Source of the DNA: Candidatus Uhrbacteria bacterium
Lineage (GTDB): Bacteria; Patescibacteriota; Patescibacteriia; UBA9934; GWF2-40-263
Reading direction: 5' to 3'
Length of the DNA stretch: 64,000 bases
NCBI GenBank assembly: GCA_016188495.1
Contig: JACPHU010000009.1
Location: 13,650-77,649, forward strand
The notes beneath the pieces were generated by a model. The model was not told the DNA's origin. It ran no database searches and saw only the letters and a list, made by a program, of their open reading frames with translations. Position 1 is the first letter of the stretch; every line of letters starts with the position of its first letter. Made by a program: the position numbers and the translations under genes. Positions 48,213-56,529 of this stretch are shown here, one piece after another.

Positions 48213-48671
48213 TTAGAAAGAGGATATCCAACATAACTCAATTTTTTCAAAAAGTTTTTGCTGATTTTGAGATGAATTCCATTTTTTCAGATTTTCAAAA
48301 AATAAATCTTCGTAATCATTACCTGCTAAAGTATTTAAAGCTTCTAAGTAAACATGTACTTCATTATAAATAGAACTACATGAGCTAGCTTCAGTGAACC
48401 TATTATCATTTACTTGATTGATAAATTCTTGTTCTACTAAATTTAAAAATTCTTTTTTAAGCTCACCTTCATTATTTAAAGAAAAATTATTAATCTGTCT
48501 GTGAAGTTCTTTATTATCCTCATCCAATATATCTGTTTTTCCATTTAAAATAACTTTCTCAGTTTCTAGTGTACCAATTTTGTTCTTCAATATTTCAATT
48601 TCAGTGCATAAGTATGCAATCATTCCAATAAAACTGATTCCAACAATAATCCACAATAAATATTTTTTCAT
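48213..48671 (-). CDS. Hypothetical protein, N-terminal TM plus coiled coil
   Basis: MKKYLLWIIVGISFIGMIAYL then a heptad pattern. Confidence 0.7.
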   Translation of the reverse strand: MKKYLLWIIVGISFIGMIAYLCTEIEILKNKIGTLETEKVILNGKTDILDEDNKELHRQINNFSLNNEGELKKEFLNLVEQEFINQVNDNRFTEASSCSSIYNEVHVYLEALNTLAGNDYEDLFFENLKKWNSSQNQQKLFEKIELCWISSF

Positions 48672-48689
48672 ATCTTAGTTAAAAATAAT

Positions 48690-48767
48690 TTAATCATCAT
48701 GAGAGGTTGGCAATAAAGCCCCCAAAATCATAAGTCCTAAAAAGACTAAAATTGCATCTAAAAACAT
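48690..48767 (-). CDS. 25-aa hydrophobic peptide
   Basis: MFLDAILVFLGLMILGALLPTSHDD*, first ORF after the structured RNA. Confidence 0.45.
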   Translation of the reverse strand: MFLDAILVFLGLMILGALLPTSHDD

Positions 48768-48786
48768 ATTATTTTCTTTCTTTTAA

Positions 48787-48926
48787 AAACACAAAGCCCT
48801 CCGCCAGCCGCAGTCTTTCGACTGCCTGTATCCATTTCTGGGTACAGCCATCCCTGGTTGCTGAACGAAGGGTCCAGTATCAGGGATGGATTTGTGCCAT
48901 GCCTTACATGTGCAAGGTTTAGGCAT
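48787..48926 (-). ncRNA. Unclassified structured RNA (multi-stem junction with pseudoknot)
   Basis: GC-rich island in AT-rich DNA; two GAAA-capped hairpins, 9-bp stem, closing stem followed by a U-run. Confidence 0.65.
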
Positions 48927-48945
48927 CTATTTTAATTGTGAGTTT

Positions 48946-48974
48946 AGTGTAGAGAATTGAGACAAACATGACAA
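48946..48974 (-). promoter_or_regulatory. Sigma70 promoter driving the structured RNA
   Basis: TTGTCA-17 nt-TACACT on the minus strand. Confidence 0.65.
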
Positions 48975-49030
48975 GCAAATAATCAAAAATCTTTAAAATT
49001 TAAAGGATTTTTGTTAAAATATACTCATAA

Positions 49031-49783
49031 ATGAAAATGATTATGAGAAAAGATTTAAAAGAAGAATTCGAATCTCTGATAAAAGAGGGATACGAAATTA
49101 CAAGAATTGCCGATGAAGGTCTAGAACAACACTCGGCTACCGCAACACTAATCCATGAAATTCATCATAAGTTTATAATGTGGAAACAAAGTGCGAAGGA
49201 TCTTTTAAAAGATGAGGCTAAAAATGAAGAATTAGATATTGGATTTCTATTTGAAGGAGATGGAGTACCTTTAATCAAAGCTGGACCAGAATACAGCGAC
49301 CCAATGAGTGAACGATCACAAAAATTATTTACAAACATTCGTATAGCAGCCTCCAGTCATTTGAGAAAAATAAAAGAAATTTATGAAGAGGTGGAGAAAA
49401 ATTTTAAGATTAAAAAATCATTTATTGTCAGAATTAAAAATATTTCTCTTTCCAAGGAAGATTGTTTATTAAAAATAAATGATGGTGAAAAAATAATCTT
49501 CTTTAAATCAAAAAAAGGAAAAGAAGATTTTGAAAAAGAAACCAAACAGTTTAAAATTTTGTACCATCTTTGGGAGTTTCGACAAGAAAAAAAAGGAAGT
49601 AGCATTTTAAAAAAAAGTGAAATTGTTACACTAAAAAATCTTCAAATTTGTAGTCAAAGTAAAAGTGCATCCGCAGTCAGTAAAACTATTGAGAGATTAA
49701 ATAAAAGATTTAAAAAAGAAGGGGTAACTATAGAGATAGAATGTGAAAATGAAAAATGTCGTCTAATTATAGAAAAGACCTAG
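49031..49783 (+). CDS. Hypothetical protein, possible C-terminal winged-helix regulator
   Basis: TKQFKILYHLW...SAVSKTIERLNKRF resembles an OmpR-type wHTH. Confidence 0.6.
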   Translation: MKMIMRKDLKEEFESLIKEGYEITRIADEGLEQHSATATLIHEIHHKFIMWKQSAKDLLKDEAKNEELDIGFLFEGDGVPLIKAGPEYSDPMSERSQKLFTNIRIAASSHLRKIKEIYEEVEKNFKIKKSFIVRIKNISLSKEDCLLKINDGEKIIFFKSKKGKEDFEKETKQFKILYHLWEFRQEKKGSSILKKSEIVTLKNLQICSQSKSASAVSKTIERLNKRFKKEGVTIEIECENEKCRLIIEKT

Positions 49784-49957
49784 ACGGTTTCTTGACTATT
49801 TCTACGACATTATTTTTTTCTATTTTTTTAAAAAACAGTAGGAATTTGTAAAAAGTTTAAAAAAATTCGACATCAAAACAAATATTTAAAACTTATCACA
49901 AAAAACAGTTGCTAAAGTCGAAGTATAAAAGCTTCGATTTTTTTATTCTAAATTTTT

Positions 49958-50218
49958 ATGACTATGACTACGCACGGGATTCAAGAAAATGAAATTTACC
50001 GAACATCGGATTTTTCTCAGGCAATTGCACTTTATTGTCTTGATTTTGTTCTGGAAGCAGTTGATAAAACAACGCCAAATAGGTGTGGATTCTTGTTTAA
50101 ACGGACATGCGAACTTGATCGGGCTATCGAATGGTTCTGGAAACGTGAGCTTCGTATTGAACCTCAGGCTTATTTTCAGGCTTCTAAGGTCTTGCGGACG
50201 CGTCTACATGACCGTTAA
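49958..50218 (+). CDS. Small mobile-element protein (DUF5659-like)
   Basis: YRTSDFSQAIAL...CGFLF...LRIEPQAYFQASKVLRTRLH. Confidence 0.7.
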   Translation: MTMTTHGIQENEIYRTSDFSQAIALYCLDFVLEAVDKTTPNRCGFLFKRTCELDRAIEWFWKRELRIEPQAYFQASKVLRTRLHDR

Positions 50219-50223
50219 GACCT

Positions 50224-50391
50224 ATGCTCAGCATTGCCCGAACAAAGGAACTCATCGGCTATGCATCTATCTCGGATGAACAGGCGGAAGCTATCCGAGA
50301 CCAGTTTCGTGATCTCGCAGAATTGATTTTTATAAATTGGAAAACTAACTTGAAACAATATGACAATGAATCCTCAAACAATCCCAATTAG
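50224..50391 (+). CDS. Small 55-aa protein
   Basis: MLSIARTKELIGYASISDEQAEAIRDQFRDLAELIFINW...; fills the gap between the DUF5659-like and primase genes; below the track cutoff. Confidence 0.55.
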   Translation: MLSIARTKELIGYASISDEQAEAIRDQFRDLAELIFINWKTNLKQYDNESSNNPN

Positions 50392-52249
50392 TGAATACCT
50401 TGACCGGAAGGGTATCGAATACCGGGAACAAGAAAACGAGCTGATAGCACGCTGTATTTTCCACGACTGTGACGATGATAGTAAAGGTATAGAGGCACAT
50501 TGGTATATCAACAAGCACACAAGCCAGTACGACTGCAAAAAATGTGGTCAACAAGGCAACATTTTTACTCTAAGAGAACATTTTGACGATCCAATGTCAG
50601 AAGTCCTTCTTGATGGTGCAAAAGCACTTAACGACCACCCTATAAAGAATGAGTTATTAAATACAGCACAAAACATCTGGAACTCATCAACACAGGTTCC
50701 CAAAGAGTTTGCCTATACGATAAAAAAGAGAATCTCTACGCACGGATCACGCTTCAAGGATGGTAATTTGGTTCTCCCAATGTATAACGGAAACGGCACG
50801 CTAATTTCTCTTCAATTCATTCAAGCAGACGGAAAGAAAAAGTTTCTGCCTGGAGGTAAAACAGTCGGGTCTTATTACATCATTGGCGAAGTGAAAGACG
50901 TTATATGTATTGCGGAAGGATTTGCAACCGCGGCTAGCATTCTTGAAGCAACAGGACATGCTGTCGCCATTGCCTTTTCTGCCGGGAATCTTAAAGCAAC
51001 GGCTCAGGCGATCAAAAACAAGTACACTAATGTAAAGCTAATTGTATGCGCGGACATTGACGATTATGGTCTTACCAAGGCCAAAGAGGCAGCTCAGGTC
51101 GTCAGTGCCTTTCTCGCTATACCTGTCTTTAAACCTGAAGAACGGATCGATGAAAAACCTCCTACGGACTTTAATGATCTGGCTATTTTGCAGAGTGCAG
51201 AAAAAGTGAAGAAAACAATCGAATCGGCAGAAAAAGTAAAAAACAAGTATCAATTCACAGCACTTGCGGACTTATTAGAGGAACCGGAAGAAAAAATTGA
51301 GTGGATCGTTGAAGATCTTCTTCCTCATGGTGGTTTCTCCATCATCGTCGCGAAACCAAAAGTTGGTAAATCTACACTGGTAAGACAACTTGCGTTTTGT
51401 GTTGCAAGCGGAAGCACTTTTCTAGGAAGAACTACGAGCAAGGGGCGCGTTCTCTACTTATCGCTTGAAGAAAAACGTAGCGAAGTGCGGAACCATTTTA
51501 GAATGCTTGGAGCAACCAGAGAGGAAGACATCGGGATTTGTTTTGATCAAACACCAGAAAATGCTCTCGAGTGGTTAAGAGAAGAAATCGATCGATCCGC
51601 GCCAGTGCTGGTCATTATTGATACCTTATTCCGATTCGCACGCGTTTCTGATGTAAATGACTATGCAAAAACACTGGCCGCTCTTGATCCGCTTCTGTCG
51701 CTTGCACGAAGTCACTCCGTACACGTTATGGGCGTTCATCACGCCAGAAAAGGTGATGGGTTTGGGGCAGATACTACATTGGGTTCAACGGCCATTTTTG
51801 GAAGTGTAGATACAGCTATCGTTTTAAAACGAACCGATAGCAAACGCACAGTCGAAACCCAGCAACGCTATGGGGTGGATATGGAACCAACCGTTCTAAC
51901 ATTTGATCCTGATACAAAACGCACCGAGTTAGGCGAAATAAAACAACAGGACGATGTTCAGGGTATCAAAGATGAGATTATTGCTTTTCTTCAATCTGAA
52001 AGTGAATCATCCACAGAAAAGACGATCACTGAAAATACAGAAGGTCGGACTAAGTTAAAACGAAAGGCTTTACGCGATCTTGTTGTCGAAGGTTTGGTGG
52101 CGCGAACAGATTCCGGAAAGAAAGGCGATCCCTACCATTATTCTTGTTCCCTTGTTCCCGCTATATATACGGAACAAGGGAACAAGCAATCGAATGATGG
52201 TGTTGAGCGAAAAACGGACGATCAAATTCTTGAAGAACTTGGTTTATAA
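50360..52249 (+). CDS. Primase-helicase (CHC2-like Zn finger, TOPRIM, RepA/AAA_25 helicase)
   Basis: CIFH...CKKC; IAEGFATA, CADID, TDFNDL; AKPKVGKS, LSLEE, VIIDTL, HHARK. Confidence 0.9.
   Translation: MTMNPQTIPISEYLDRKGIEYREQENELIARCIFHDCDDDSKGIEAHWYINKHTSQYDCKKCGQQGNIFTLREHFDDPMSEVLLDGAKALNDHPIKNELLNTAQNIWNSSTQVPKEFAYTIKKRISTHGSRFKDGNLVLPMYNGNGTLISLQFIQADGKKKFLPGGKTVGSYYIIGEVKDVICIAEGFATAASILEATGHAVAIAFSAGNLKATAQAIKNKYTNVKLIVCADIDDYGLTKAKEAAQVVSAFLAIPVFKPEERIDEKPPTDFNDLAILQSAEKVKKTIESAEKVKNKYQFTALADLLEEPEEKIEWIVEDLLPHGGFSIIVAKPKVGKSTLVRQLAFCVASGSTFLGRTTSKGRVLYLSLEEKRSEVRNHFRMLGATREEDIGICFDQTPENALEWLREEIDRSAPVLVIIDTLFRFARVSDVNDYAKTLAALDPLLSLARSHSVHVMGVHHARKGDGFGADTTLGSTAIFGSVDTAIVLKRTDSKRTVETQQRYGVDMEPTVLTFDPDTKRTELGEIKQQDDVQGIKDEIIAFLQSESESSTEKTITENTEGRTKLKRKALRDLVVEGLVARTDSGKKGDPYHYSCSLVPAIYTEQGNKQSNDGVERKTDDQILEELGL
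52143..52186. repeat. Iteron-like inverted repeat, candidate replication origin
   Basis: (CTTGTTCC)2-CGCTATATATAC-(GGAACAAG)2. Confidence 0.6.
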
Positions 52250-52352
52250 CATTCTCAGACATTATAAGAAATTCTAGGAGATATCCCAATAACCTAACTC
52301 GTCTAATCCTTAATGATTTCGGTCAAAACAAAAGTGAAACAGAGGTAAATTT

Positions 52353-52976
52353 ATGGCAAGAGGCACTTGTGAGGGGCGCACAAAAATATCAATCTTTTGG
52401 CTACGACAAAAGGGATATCTGACTCCTGATATGCCTTGGCGATGGGACTCCTTGAGTTGGACAAACACTTATTCAGGCGAGAGTGCTGGGAGTTTGAGTT
52501 ATCAAATCAAGCTTGATGAGAACAAAGAACCAAACAGCAAAGTAGGGTATATGAGGTTGATGTATACCAATACGAGCGCTTGGTCGGGTGAAAAGACTGA
52601 AATTGATTACGAGATTCCTATTGTCACCACAGGATGCAATTATGGAGGCATTCGTTTCTGGTTCAGATGTCCTCTTAACGCAAACGGCGTTTACTGTGGA
52701 AGACGGATTGGGGTTTTATACAAGATTTCACAGTATTACGGTTGTCGCCATTGCGGAGACCTTGTGTATGCTGCGCAAAATGAAAAAAAGAGTTCTAGGG
52801 ACATGGTTTGCTGCCCTGATCTTGATAAAGCCCACGACAATATCAGACGCTTCCATTACAACGAAAAGCCGACGAAAAAGTACAGAAAATATCTCAAATT
52901 GGAGCAAAAATTTAATGATCAGATCCAGGGATGGATGATTCGCATGGCTTCAGATGATAAAGATTTTGTGCTATGA
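52353..52976 (+). CDS. Hypothetical Zn-binding protein
   Basis: GAGGT SD; CNYGGIRFWFRCP...CGRR...YGCRHC. Confidence 0.75.
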   Translation: MARGTCEGRTKISIFWLRQKGYLTPDMPWRWDSLSWTNTYSGESAGSLSYQIKLDENKEPNSKVGYMRLMYTNTSAWSGEKTEIDYEIPIVTTGCNYGGIRFWFRCPLNANGVYCGRRIGVLYKISQYYGCRHCGDLVYAAQNEKKSSRDMVCCPDLDKAHDNIRRFHYNEKPTKKYRKYLKLEQKFNDQIQGWMIRMASDDKDFVL

Positions 52977-52983
52977 TACAAGT

Positions 52984-53099
52984 GTTGACCCAATGCTTTC
53001 ATGCCCGTTTTTTGATCATTTTTGTTGTCCATAATGGGCGGCTTCTGCCAACAAAGTGGTCTTCGGGCTATGCGTTGGGTCAACCAGAGCCGCCCTTTT
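52984..53099 (+). promoter_or_regulatory. Structured leader/attenuator upstream of recombinase B
   Basis: GTTGACCCAATGC pairs with GCGTTGGGTCAAC; GGGCGGCT(T)CTG/CAGAGCCGCCC-TTTT; UUCG hairpin. Confidence 0.55.
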
Positions 53100-53139
53100 G
53101 GTTATTAGGATGTAAGAAATTGTAAGATACATAGATCAC

Positions 53140-54684
53140 ATGAAAGCCATCATCTACACACGTGTTAGCTCTAACGAGCAGGTTAAAGGAACCTCACTCG
53201 AAGACCAAGAAACCAAATGTCGAGAGTATTGTGCTCAAAAAAACATTGAGGTTTTGAAAGTTTTTCGAGAAGAGGGTGAGTCTGCCAAAACTGCGGATCG
53301 TACCGAGTTTTTAAGAGCTTTAGAATTTTGTCGAAAGAATAAAAGTAAAGTCGATATTTTTGTTGTGGTTAAAGTGGATCGCTTTGCTAGAAATACAGAA
53401 GACCATTTTGGAGTACGTAAAATTCTACTCGACTACGGTGTGTCTTTGCATTCCGTCACCGAACCAATAGGAAACAGTCCAGTTGAAAAGCTACTTGAGA
53501 CCGTTCTTGCTGGCACAGCAGAATTTGATAATGCAATCCGCTCACAGAGAAGTATTGATGGGATGATCGCACGCGTTCGACAAGGCATCACACCTTGGAA
53601 ACCGCCGATTGGATATTTAAGTAACCAATCAAAAAAACGAGGAGAAAAGAAAAACGAACCTGACGAAATAGATCCTGCAATTTTCCCCATTATTCAACGA
53701 ACACTAAAGCGTTTTTCCAGAGAGGAGATTGAGCAGTCGGAATTATGTGCTTATTTGGATCAGGAAGGTCTATCAAAAATTCGAGGTCGAAAAACTACCA
53801 AACAGATGGTTGAAAAAATTATCGGTCAGTATTTGAAATTTTACGCTGGTATAATCATGAACCCTTGGCTTGAAGGTGAAGAGATCAGGGGATTGCATCG
53901 TGCGATGATTACCGAAGACGAAATGCATCAGATTATCGCCATTCGGACAGGTAAATATATTAAGAAACAGCCACGTAAGAGTTTTAACCCACTTTTTCCT
54001 CTAAAGAAAACAATCGTGTGTGGAACCTGTGACGGAAACCTCACAGCAAGTCGATCAAAAGGGAATGGGGGAGAGTACGGTTACTATCACTGCTACAGTC
54101 CGTCTTGTGAGATGCGAAATAGAACAATTGCGAAAGATATTGTGGAAAGGGAATTCATTCAGCTTTTACAAACTCTGAGACCAAGCAGACAGCATCTATC
54201 TCTACTTCGAGAAACTGTTATGGATCTTTGGGAGGAAAAAAGAGAATTATTTGAATCGGATGCGAGTAAATTTAAGAAACAACTCGATTCCCTCACAGTT
54301 AAGCGTCAGAGAATTTTTGATATGCGTGAGGACGGTTCGTATACCAAGGAAGATTTTTTGGAACGTAAAGCTGAGATCGATAATGAAATGGCCGCAGTTC
54401 GTATATCGTTGAATGAATCCAAGATTGATCAATTTGATATTGAAGCAGCGATCACTTACGCAACGAAGTTCGTTGAGAACCTTGATCGTCAATGGGTGGA
54501 TCTAAAAGATGATCTCAAACCTCGGTTCCAAAAACTGATTTTTCCAGAAGGAGTTCTTTATTTTAAGGATCATGGTTTTCAAACCACGAAATTGTCGCTG
54601 ATGTTACAACAAAAAGAGACCGCTCGTGATGAGCAGTCCCTTTTGGTGACCCCACGGGGAATCGAACCCCGATTTACAGGATGA
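53140..54684 (+). CDS. Large serine recombinase B, 3' end antisense-overlapping tRNA-Glu
   Basis: AIIYTRVSS, GESAK, DRFARN, CGTC...YYHC; ends VTPRGIEPRFTG encoded by the tRNA complement. Confidence 0.95.
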   Translation: MKAIIYTRVSSNEQVKGTSLEDQETKCREYCAQKNIEVLKVFREEGESAKTADRTEFLRALEFCRKNKSKVDIFVVVKVDRFARNTEDHFGVRKILLDYGVSLHSVTEPIGNSPVEKLLETVLAGTAEFDNAIRSQRSIDGMIARVRQGITPWKPPIGYLSNQSKKRGEKKNEPDEIDPAIFPIIQRTLKRFSREEIEQSELCAYLDQEGLSKIRGRKTTKQMVEKIIGQYLKFYAGIIMNPWLEGEEIRGLHRAMITEDEMHQIIAIRTGKYIKKQPRKSFNPLFPLKKTIVCGTCDGNLTASRSKGNGGEYGYYHCYSPSCEMRNRTIAKDIVEREFIQLLQTLRPSRQHLSLLRETVMDLWEEKRELFESDASKFKKQLDSLTVKRQRIFDMREDGSYTKEDFLERKAEIDNEMAAVRISLNESKIDQFDIEAAITYATKFVENLDRQWVDLKDDLKPRFQKLIFPEGVLYFKDHGFQTTKLSLMLQQKETARDEQSLLVTPRGIEPRFTG

Positions 54685-54718
54685 GAACCTGCTGTCCTAA
54701 CCGTTAGACGATGAGGCC
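54644..54718 (-). tRNA. tRNA-Glu (CTC)
   Basis: GGCCTCATCGTCTAACGGTTAGGACAGCAGGTTCTCATCCTGTAAATCGGGGTTCGATTCCCCGTGGGGTCACCA. Confidence 0.96.
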
Positions 54719-54867
54719 TTGAAGGAAGATTTATTGGAACGTGCCGAGAATATCATGAGTCTCGATCTTTTTCAAGATTCAAAAAACCACTTAATTTCTT
54801 CATGTACCTACGGACAGACAGGCGCGTCTGACATCCAATTGAGAACGTCCTATGATATAATGATCTT

Positions 54868-56529
54868 ATGTTAGAAGAACTTTTTTTTGAAATTGGAATT
54901 GTTTTGGTCATTGCGGCAGGACTCTCGATGATGTTGTATCGTCTTCGTCAGCCACTGATTGTTGCTTACATCATTACAGGGATCCTCGTCGGTCCTGGTC
55001 TTTTAGCGCTTACCCGCTCAACGGAAGTCTTTGATGTCATGTCTGAAATCGGCGTGGCTTTTTTGTTATTTACCGTGGGACTTGGACTCAATTGGCAAAA
55101 TGTAAAAGATGTTGGTGGTATTGCGTTTGTAACGGGGGTAGGCCAAGTCTTGTTTACCTCCGTGGTCGGATTTTTTGTAGGCACACTCATTGGTTTTGAT
55201 CCCATTACCAGTCTGTATTTAGGAGTCGCTTTTGCCTTTTCAAGTACCATCATCATCATTAAATTGCTCATGGATAAAGAAGACCTCGATACGCTTTATG
55301 GACGTATCAGTGTCGGATTTTTGTTGGTACAAGATTTTATCGCGATGCTCATTTTACTTGGATTGAATGCTGTCGGATCAGGAGCAGACATAAAGACAGT
55401 ATTTTTCAGTATCGGATTTAAAGCCCTCCTGTTAATTCCAGCCCTTTGGTTGGTCTCCACAAAAATTCTTCCTCCCGTGCTTAAATACGTTGCAAGGTCT
55501 CAGGAGTTATTGTTTATTTTTTCTGTTGCTTGGTGTTTTCTCGTGGCTGAGTTGCTGGTGTTCGCGGGTTTTGGCGTAGAGTTAGGGGCTCTCATGGCTG
55601 GAATCACTCTTTCAAGTTCTGTCTACTATCGTCAGATCAATGCCCGTATCAGGCCACTGCGCGACTTTTTTCTCATCATGTTTTTTATTGTTCTTGGAAC
55701 ACGCCTTGGCTTGGATCAGCTTTCTACCACGATTATTCCCGCCATTCTTTTCAGCGTGTTCGTACTCATTGGTAATCCGTTATTGATGATGTTTATCATG
55801 CGCTCACTGGGTTATCATCCTCGGACAGGATTTTTGTGCGGAACAACCGTTGCGCAAATTTCAGAATTTTCTTTCATTGTCATTATCACCGGGATCTCCA
55901 TTGGGCATTTGGATGACTCTGTCTTGGCTCTTGCCACAGCCGTGGGAATCATTACCATCACCGGAAGTTCCTATCTGATTGCCCATAACGAGACAATTTT
56001 TCAAAAGATCCAACCCGTTTTCCGATGGCTTGAACCCAAAACGAGCCTTGCATCAGAACATCCGCCTCTCTATTCCGTCTCCAATACTATTCTTTTTGGT
56101 TTCCATCGCACTGGCGCAGAACTTCTTTCCACAATCAAGCAGTGGAAACAGTCTTATGTCATCGTTGATTTTGATCCCGCGACGATTCGTCAGCTTGCAG
56201 AGGCAGGAGAGCCTTGCGTGTATGGGGATGCAGGGGATGAGCGTTTTCTTGAAGAGATCAAAACAGACAAAGCCCGCTTGATCGTTTCAACGATTCCAGA
56301 TTTTGTCATCAGCGCCGCTTTGCTGACGTTTTTGCAGAGCCGTTCTTATAAAGGAATCACTATTGTAACGGTTCATACACACACAGAAGCGCAGCATTGT
56401 TACGAGCTTGGTGCGACGTACGTGATTCTTCCTTCCGTATTGAGCGGAAAGAAATTTTCCGAGATTCTTGAAAAAAAGAAATCAGTGAAACGTTCCTGGT
56501 CTGTGTTGAAGAAGCAATTGGATGTATGA
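54868..56529 (+). CDS. Cation:proton antiporter-2 (Kef-like) with TrkA-N domain
   Basis: YIITGILVGP, FSSTIII, LLVQD, QISEFSF; C-terminal VDFDP...YGDAGD. Confidence 0.9.
   Translation: MLEELFFEIGIVLVIAAGLSMMLYRLRQPLIVAYIITGILVGPGLLALTRSTEVFDVMSEIGVAFLLFTVGLGLNWQNVKDVGGIAFVTGVGQVLFTSVVGFFVGTLIGFDPITSLYLGVAFAFSSTIIIIKLLMDKEDLDTLYGRISVGFLLVQDFIAMLILLGLNAVGSGADIKTVFFSIGFKALLLIPALWLVSTKILPPVLKYVARSQELLFIFSVAWCFLVAELLVFAGFGVELGALMAGITLSSSVYYRQINARIRPLRDFFLIMFFIVLGTRLGLDQLSTTIIPAILFSVFVLIGNPLLMMFIMRSLGYHPRTGFLCGTTVAQISEFSFIVIITGISIGHLDDSVLALATAVGIITITGSSYLIAHNETIFQKIQPVFRWLEPKTSLASEHPPLYSVSNTILFGFHRTGAELLSTIKQWKQSYVIVDFDPATIRQLAEAGEPCVYGDAGDERFLEEIKTDKARLIVSTIPDFVISAALLTFLQSRSYKGITIVTVHTHTEAQHCYELGATYVILPSVLSGKKFSEILEKKKSVKRSWSVLKKQLDV

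Larger units (their letters stand above)
47195..54652. mobile_element. Integrated element B (~7.4 kb, satellite/PICI-like) in the tRNA-Glu 3' end
   Basis: TGGTGACCC direct repeats at 47195 and 54644; primase-helicase and serine recombinase. Confidence 0.85.

Noticed and set aside
48787-48926. Hammerhead/HDV ribozyme or c-di-AMP/c-di-GMP riboswitch identity for the structured RNA
   Set aside because: Required conserved cores (e.g. CUGAUGA) were not found by eye; left unclassified
54800-54825. CCTACGGACAGACAGG, possible degenerate mini-palindrome near the tRNA-Glu promoter
   Set aside because: Too degenerate, with no second copy in the window
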